A stretch of DNA of 64,000 nt from Ranitomeya imitator (taxonomy: Eukaryota), in the NCBI RefSeq assembly GCF_032444005.1, contig NC_091282.1, forward strand, positions 360,468,001 through 360,532,000, in the 5' to 3' direction. A model generated the notes under the pieces. It did no database searches and was not told the DNA's origin. It worked only from the letters and a program-made list of their open reading frames with translations. Made by a program: the position numbers and the translations under genes. Positions 56,715 through 64,000 of the stretch are shown piece after piece (the first letter of the stretch is position 1; each line of letters starts with the position of its first letter).

Positions 56715-57577
56715 TGTCACAGAGACAGAGGTTGTCCTCTGCGCTGTAAGCCCAAAATGTTGTTGTTCTGGGACTTGTAGTGCCACAAATTTTTTTTAGT
56801 TATAAGGGGGCATTGCAGGGTTAGTTGGAGAGCTGGGCGGGACTGACTAACCAAACACACCTCCCACCTATGGGGGTGGTTACAGGTACATAATGTGACC
56901 ATGGTTTGAGACACATTTTCAGAGTGTATGGACCTGAATGGTCAGAGGTTAAGGTCCTGGATGGCTTGTGTTGGAAGATCCTGGGAGTAGGATCGGATTC
57001 CTGGAAAGCACTTGGTGAGGCCATAGACCTGAAGGCCTGTGTGCTGGAAGGTTCAAGGAGTGGACTTCCTGAATAGCACATGGATAGGCTGTATGTGCAG
57101 AGTTTGTGACGGCACTGAGTTGGGGAAGCCACCGTTCCTTCTGCGGGTCTGGACTGTCTGGAGTTCCCTGGTCACAAGGAAGGACGGTGATCCCAGTAAG
57201 GCAGCTTTCCCCAGGAGAGAGTACTGACAGGAGTCAGTGTGTGAAGCAGGAGCTCCTGTAAGGTAACTCCAGATAAACGGGGTTACGGGCAGATGAGTAT
57301 CTGCCAGTGGAACAGACTGTTAGTGCCTATGAAGTTCCATGGATGTTTAAGAACTGTGCGGTCACCCATGGTAACTGGACAAAGTGAGAAGTCTGGCGGG
57401 TTTAGTGACTGTGAGTTGAACTCGTATAAAATGTAATGTAATGGACTTTATGTTATCTGGTTTATTAGTCTAAATAAACCAGAATAGACTGTTTATGTGA
57501 GAAACTGTGTATGTGTGTGCTTTAATCCCGTTGCCAAGCGCGTGTCCCCCAACACACTCAGGGAGCACTATCTCACA
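56715..57577 (+). repeat. Solo LTR
   Basis: TGTCACA...CTCACA ends with an internal AATAAA. Flanks are GTATG and ATATG (near-TSD). Confidence 0.65.
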
Positions 57578-57588
57578 ATATGTATATA

Positions 57589-59210
57589 CAGTTCAGACCA
57601 AAGGTTTGGACACACCTTCTCATTTAAAGATTTTTCTGTATTTTCATGACTATGAAAATTGTACATTCACACTGAAGGCATCAAAACTATGAATTAACAC
57701 ATGTGGAATTATATACTGAACAAAAAAGTGTGAAACAACTGAAATTATGTCTTATATTCTAGGTTCTTCAAAGCAGCCACCTTTTGCTTTGATGACTGCT
57801 TTGCACACTCTTGGCATTCTCTTGGTGAGCTTCAAGAGGTAGTCGCCGAAAATGGTTTTTACTTCACAGGTGTGCCCTGTCAGGTTTAATAAGTGGAATT
57901 TCTTGCCTTGTAAATGGGGTTGGGACCATCAGTTGACTTGTGCAGAAGTCTGGTGGATACACAGCTGATAGTCCTACTGAATAGACTATTAGAATTTGTA
58001 TTATGGCAAGAAAAAAGCAGCTAAGTAAAGAAAAATGAGTGTCCATTATTACTTTAAGAAATGAAGGTCAGTCAGTCCGAAAAATTGGGAAAACTTTGAA
58101 AGTGTCCCCAAGTGCAGTGGCAAAAACCATCTAGCGCTACAAAGAAACTGGCTCACATGAGGACCGCCCCAGGAAAGGAAGACCAAGAGTCACCTCTGCT
58201 TCTGAGGATAAGTTTATCTGAGTCACCAGCCTCAGAAATCGCAGGTTAACAGCAGCTCAGATTAGAGTCAAGGTCAATGCCACACAGAGTTCTAGCAGCA
58301 GACACATCTTTACAACAACTGTTAAGAGGAGACTTTGTGCAGCAGGCCTTCATAGTAAAATAGCTGCTAGGAAACCACTGCTAATGACAGGCAACAATCA
58401 GAAGAAACTTGTTTGGGCTAAAGAACTCAAGGAATGGACATTAGACCAGTGGAAATCTGTGCTTTGGTCTGATGAGTCCAAATTTGAGACCTGTGTTTCC
58501 AACCACCGTGTCTTTGTGCGACGCAGAAAAGGTGAACGGATGGTGGACTCTACATGCCTGATTCCCACTGTGAAGCATGGAGGAGGAGGTTTGATGGTGT
58601 GGGGGTGCTTTGCTGGTGACACTGTTTGGGATTTATTCAAAATTTAAGGCATACTGAACCAGCATGGCTATCACAGCATCTTGCAGCGGCATGCTATTCA
58701 ATCCGGTTTGCGTTTAGTTGGACCCTCATTTATTTTTCAACAGGACAATGACCCCAAACACACCTCCAGGCTGTGTAAGAGCTATTTGACCAAGAAGGAG
58801 AGTGATGGGGTGCTACGCCAGATAACCTGGCCTCCACAGTCACCAGACCTGAACCCAATCGAGATGGTTTGGGGTGAGCTGGACCGCAGAGTGAAGGCAA
58901 AAGGGCCAACAAGTGCTAAACATCTCTGGGAACTTCTTCAAGATTCCAGAAGACCATTCCCGGTGACTACCTCTTGAAGTTCATAAAGAGAATGCCAAGA
59001 GTGTGCAAAGCAGTCATCAAAGCAAAAGGTGGCTACTTTGAAGAACCTAGAATATAAGACATAAAAAAGTGTGAAACAACTGAAATTAAGTATATAATTC
59101 CACAATTCATAGTTTTGATGCCTTCAGTGTGAATGTACAATTTTCATAGTCATGAAAATACGGAAAAATCTTTAAATGAGAAGGTGTGTCCAAACTTTTG
59201 GTCTGTACTC
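57589..59210 (+). mobile_element. Tc1/mariner transposon with long TIRs and a decayed DD34E transposase (about 58003-59057)
   Basis: TA flanks and TIR CAGTTCAGACCAAAGGTTTGGACACACC. Motifs WSDESKF, FQQDNDPKH and WPPQSPDLNPIE are present, with stops. Confidence 0.92.
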
Positions 59211-59478
59211 TATATATTAGATAGATAGAAGAAAAGCCGGCAATTACAGAGTGACAGGTTAGAATAGAATGGACAGAATAGATATACACACGTAGAATAC
59301 ATATATACATGTATGTATGTGTCATGTATGCATATGTATNNNNNNNNNNNNNNNNNNNNNNNNNNNNNNNNNNNNNNNNNNNNNNNNNNNNNNNNNNNNN
59401 NNNNNNNNNNNNNNNNNNNNNNNNNNNNNNNNNNNNNNNNNNNNNNNNNNNNNNNNNNNNNNNNNNNNNNNNNNNNNN

Positions 59479-59890
59479 CTAACGCATCGGGTATTCTAGA
59501 ATATGCATGTCCCCGTAGTATATGGACAATGATGATTCCAGAATTTGTGGCAGACTGTGCCCGTCGCCTATTGGTCGAGGCAACCTTTATGACATCATCG
59601 TCGCCATGGCAACCATTATGACATCTACGTCGATACTGTGCCCATCGCTGAATCAGAAACGTGGGATTTCTACATCCTTTATGACATCATTGTCGCTGTG
59701 CCGGTCGCTGATTGGTCGAGACCTGGCGGCCTCGACCAATCAGAGACGCGGGATTTCTACATCGATACTGTGCCCGTTGCTGATTGGTCGAGGATTGGCG
59801 GCCTCGACCAATCAGAGACGCGGGATTTCCAGGACAGACAGAAAGACAGACAGACAGACGGAAAAACCCTTAGACAATTATATATATAGA
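59479..59890 (-). mobile_element. Non-autonomous Helitron; 3' end hidden in the N gap
   Basis: The minus strand starts TCTATATATATAATTGTCTAAGGG. Internal GATTGGTCG tandem repeats are present, and half of a terminal hairpin (ATCGGG) abuts the gap. Confidence 0.6.
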
Positions 59891-60794
59891 TATATATATA
59901 TATCTATCTATATAATAGATAGATAGAAGAAAAGCCGGTAATTCATCTGCCGTGTTCTGTAAAGTCACTGCAAGAGCCGACAGTATAGAAGAGATGGATT
60001 ACATACATTAAATACAAATGGAATAGGTAGATATATAGATGTCAGTGACAATTATAATTAGTACAGTGTGTGTGCAAATTACTGGACATGTATTTAATTT
60101 GTAAAAGATTATTTTTGGGAAAAAAAAGGCATGGGCTCCTGCGTAATTTTTTGTAACCAGCAGAGGGAAAGCTGATGGCTGTTTATAGCCTGGGAATGGG
60201 GTTATACCCAGGCTATTAATATCAGCTCACAGCTGCATTATTAACCTTTACTTGCTATTAAAATGGGGGACCCTAAAAAAAATGATGTAGGGTCCCCCTA
60301 TAATTATTAACCAGCAAAGGCTATGTAGACAGCTGCGGACTGATATTAATAGCCTTGGAAGGGGCCATGGATACTCCCGCCAGGCTAAAAACATTAGCTC
60401 TTTGTCGCCCCAGAAAAGGCGCAACTCTAAAATGTGCCAATTCTGGCACTTTGACTCTGACCAAACTGTGATGGCAAAAGCCAACAAACTGACCATGCTC
60501 AGATGAGTAGTACTGATAAGAAGGGCCGCCATGAGAACATTACTGCCGTTACTGCTGTATGGAGCCCAGTGTGCAAAAGTTCGTGTATGCTTCTGATCAC
60601 TGGGCCCCAGGGTGTAATAAAGTGTTGTATGCCCTGAGCTCCACGGCCATCAAACCTGAACGGCATGTACACACGCCACAGGCCATTGCCAGGACAAAAG
60701 AAGTGGAGCTGCACCTGCAAAGGATCATTAGTGAGTTAAGTATGAAAAACTTTTTTTACTTTATAAAGTGAATTGAATGGGTGAGGGGGACTTA

Positions 60795-61270
60795 TAATGA
60801 TGAATTGGGGAGGGGGACTGCAAATGATGATAAAGTGGGGGAGGAAGGGGGACTGCAAATGATGAACTGTCAGGAGGATGACTGCAAATGATGAAGTGAG
60901 AGGACTGCAAATGATGAAGTGGGGGTGAAGGGGGACCGCAAATGATAAAATGGGTAGGGAAAGGGGACTGCAAATGATGAAGTGGGGGGGACTGGAATTG
61001 AAGAAATGGGGTGGAAGGGGTCTGCAGAAGATGAAGGGGACTGCAAATGATAAAGTGGGGGAAGAGGGACTGCAAATGATGAAGTGGGGGACGCAAATGA
61101 TGAAGTTGGGGGACTGCAAATGATGAAGTGGGAGGAAGGGGACTACAAATAATTGAGGGTGGTGGATGAGGATAGCAATTGAATTGAAGGTGGGGGTGGG
61201 GAGAGCAAATTGTGGATTGAGACAGGGGGATGGGGACAGTAAATGATGATGAATTGGGGTGGGACAGCAA
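60795..61270. repeat. Purine-rich minisatellite (GGGGACTGCAAATGATGAAGTG)n
   Basis: Many degenerate copies about 25-40 bp apart. Confidence 0.85.
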
Positions 61271-62322
61271 ATAATGATTAAGGTTGGGGAGAGAGAGAGA
61301 GCGAGGGGATGGGACAGAGAAAAAACATGACATAACGAATTGGGGCGAAAATGGGCATGTGAATATAATGAATCGGCAGAGCAGGAGGTACAGAGTGGGG
61401 GCGTTGAGGATGCAGTGACTGGCATTGAATTGGGGGAAAAGTACAGGCGCTAATTAATTTTTATATTAGGTGAGGAAAGGGGCTATTTATACTTAGTGGG
61501 TGGCACACAGATGGATTGCAATTTATATTTGGAATGGTGGGTTACAAAATAAGTAATAATGTATAAATGGTGGGTTTTCTAGTAGTCTGGGAAATAAATA
61601 ACTGGTATCAGCCGTCTTGTTGCCATTCATAGGTCAAACCAATAATTTACTTTACCGCTGTGTCTGTATGAATAGTGTGTGTTAAAAATAATTGTACTCT
61701 ACAGTGTTTTTTTGTCAGTAGTGTGTCTAAAAAAAAAAAACTACTCAACTGTCATCTCTTTCCCATTTCTGGGCCGAAAAAATTAATTTATTTTGTGTCT
61801 ATACAAGTGGTGGTTCTACCCTTCAGCCATCTTTATGTGATTAGTGTGTCTAAACAAAAATTGTACACTGTACACTACTGCTGTATCTGTACGAGTTGTA
61901 GGTGTGTCGAAAAATAATTACTTTGCCTTTAAGCCTCTGCAATCCTACCTCTGTGTGTACTGTTCCAAAAAACCTCTGTGTGTACTATACCAAAAAAGCC
62001 TCTCTGTTTACTATGCAGCTGTATTTGTGCAAGTAGTGTGCCTAGAAAATAAGTATATTCTGCCGCTGTGTCTGTACAAGTTGTGTGCCGAAATTTTTTT
62101 TATACTCTGCACCCATGTCTGTGAGAGTACTGTGTGTAAAAACACACTTTTCTACTCTGCAACCGTGTCTGTGCGAATACTGAAAAAAGCCTCTGTGCGG
62201 GTGCTGTGCAAAACAACCTTTTTTTTTTTATTTGGGTGTAAACCAAACAATATGAATGGAAAAAAGAGCAAACAAACTGCAGTGCAGTCTAATATTGGCT
62301 TGGTGTGGCTGGTATACTTCTA

Positions 62323-62421
62323 CACCCCCTGGCAAAAATTATGTAATCACCGGCCTTGGAAGATGTTCATTCAGTTGTTTAATTTTTTAGAAAAAAAGCA
62401 GATCACAGACATGGCACAAAA
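62323..62421. mobile_element. Isolated Tc1-type TIR fragment
   Basis: TA|CACCCCCTGGCAAAAATTATG start. No partner TIR was seen. Confidence 0.55.
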
Positions 62422-62904
62422 CTATATATAAATTATATATCATGTGCTGCATCATTCTCACATGAATGTCTGGCAGGGAAAAAGCACTACAGTAAGCGCA
62501 GTTAGCGGCGGCAGGTGCTGAAGACAAATCCCATTCTTCCCTGATGGCGCTGAAATCACGCAGAGAAAGGCAGAATGATGACAGCATCTTCATCACCTGC
62601 CGCCAGGGAACAGAGCTTCCTGTAGCGTTTCTTCACCAGTGCAATGCGTGTCACACAGAGGACATCAATGTGTGTTCTACGTGTGCGGGACACTTTGTGG
62701 ACCGTGCAAATGGTAAAAATCTGGCATGTCATCATGTTTTGCCCACGGACACCCGGCCGTCGAATACACGCTGACATGTGCATAGACCCATTAATTTGAG
62801 TGGGTCTACGTTTGTCGGTGTCTCCGGGACATGTGAAAACTTCCATCACACGTACCGGACACAATGGCGTGTGAAAGAGGTCTAATGACATTCAAACAAA
62901 AAAT

Positions 62905-63396
62905 TAGTTACTTAATGTATAAATATATGAGGGGACAGTACAAAGACCTTTCTGATGATCTTTTAATCATAGACCTGAGACAGGGACAAGGGGGCATCCT
63001 CTACGTCTGGAGGAAAGAAGGTTTAGGCATAATAACAGACGTGGATTCTTTATTGTGAGAGCAGTGAGACTATGGAACTCTCTGCCGTATGATGTTGTAA
63101 TAGTGATTCATTACTTAAATTTAAGACGGGACTGGATACCTTTCTGGAAAAGTATAATGTTACAGGGTATATACACTAGATTCCTTGTTAGGGTGTTGAT
63201 CCAGGGAACCAGTCTGATTGCCGTATGTGGAGTCGGGAAGGAATTATTTTCGCCAATGTGGAGCTTACTCTTTGCCACATGGTTTTTTTTGCCTTCCTCT
63301 GGATCAACATGTTAGGGCATGTTAGGTTAGGCTATGGGTTGAACTAGATGGACTTAAAGTCTTCCTTCAACCTTAGTAACTATGTTACTATGTTAC
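62905..63396 (+). mobile_element. CR1 3' fragment (older subfamily)
   Basis: MYKYMRGQYKDL...RAVRLWNSLP, followed by the 3' UTR and an (ACTATGTT)n tail. Confidence 0.85.
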
Positions 63397-63570
63397 TGCA
63401 AGGTGATGAGCAGCCTTTCCTCAGCAGAGATGGCCTTCCTCATCACCATATCATTCAATGTCAGATGGGGTGCCAGAATGTGAAGCAGTCGGTCAAAATC
63501 CGGGATGGTGAGACGGCAGAAAGAAACAAATTTGTCCGGAAATCTGAAAATTTTACAAGAAAAAAAATTG
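63397..63570 (-). pseudogene. PIF/Harbinger transposase N-terminal fragment, cut by the CR1 insertion
   Basis: FVSFCRLTIPDFDRLLHILAPHL...MRKAISAEERLLITL matches the HARBI1-like N-terminal helix-turn-helix pattern. Confidence 0.7.
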
Positions 63571-64000
63571 TTAGTTAACATATGATAAAATATTTGGAAA
63601 AAAATTTTAATTTGGAAATTGTCTTTCGATATTTTGCAACTTACCTCCTCAAATCAGTGTAAAGTACATAAAAGTGCCACTTCTCTGTGCGCTCCGCTAC
63701 CAGAGGGTGCGCCCACATTCTTTTGCGCACGCGCCTTCTCCTCTGCTGCTGCGTTTAAAATAAAAAAAATATATATATTGTTTAGAACACAACACTGTGA
63801 AAAAAAATAAAGATTTTGTTGACATGTAGCTACCTGCTGTCTGTGATGATTGAGGTTTTGCAGCAGCAACCCCAGCATCAGAATCCTGTATGACCTGCAG
63901 AGCTGTAGCTGCGGGCTCTGATATTGGCTTCGCTCTGCTGAGCGCTCTCATCTTGGAACATACGTCCACTCATTGTTGGTGTGTGTTGACAAAATGGAGA

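Noticed and set aside
60505-60771. Coding-looking unique segment with a possible GT donor
   Set aside because: All frames are short, I recognise no protein family, and there is no convincing exon pair.
60736-61425. Pro/His-rich 229-aa and 190-aa ORFs
   Set aside because: Translations of a purine-rich minisatellite on its stop-poor strand.

Overview
Eukaryotic, repeat-dense vertebrate DNA. The transposon repertoire looks anuran (inference). Two N gaps lie at 49344-49501 and 59340-59478. The only host gene I can support is a 103-nt first coding exon on the minus strand (45231-45333, MGTAICQDGELDFRLIFGEED...), which matches the NFATC4/NFATC3 N-terminus and is absent from the ORF track. Everything to its left would then be a >45-kb first intron filled with nested elements. 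These include a hierarchical 66/535/1070-bp tandem array apparently carried inside a hAT-type element, an intact chromodomain Ty3/Gypsy retrotransposon with near-identical LTRs, several decayed Gypsy copies, young CR1 LINEs (one about full length with an intact ORF2), a Penelope-like element, and piggyBac-, Harbinger- and hAT-type MITEs. To the right of the exon are Helitrons, a Tc1 element, an L2 fragment and further Gypsy, piggyBac and Harbinger pieces. The most unusual signals are: (i) a Gypsy derivative with the same LTR end at both termini in inverted orientation (28-bp perfect TIR, 6-bp TSD); (ii) compensatory covariation between the PBS and the predicted transcript 5' end in two Gypsy families, supporting tRNA-independent self-priming; (iii) the CRISPR-looking but satellite-type higher-order array. 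No prokaryotic system, cas gene, rRNA or true tRNA gene was found.
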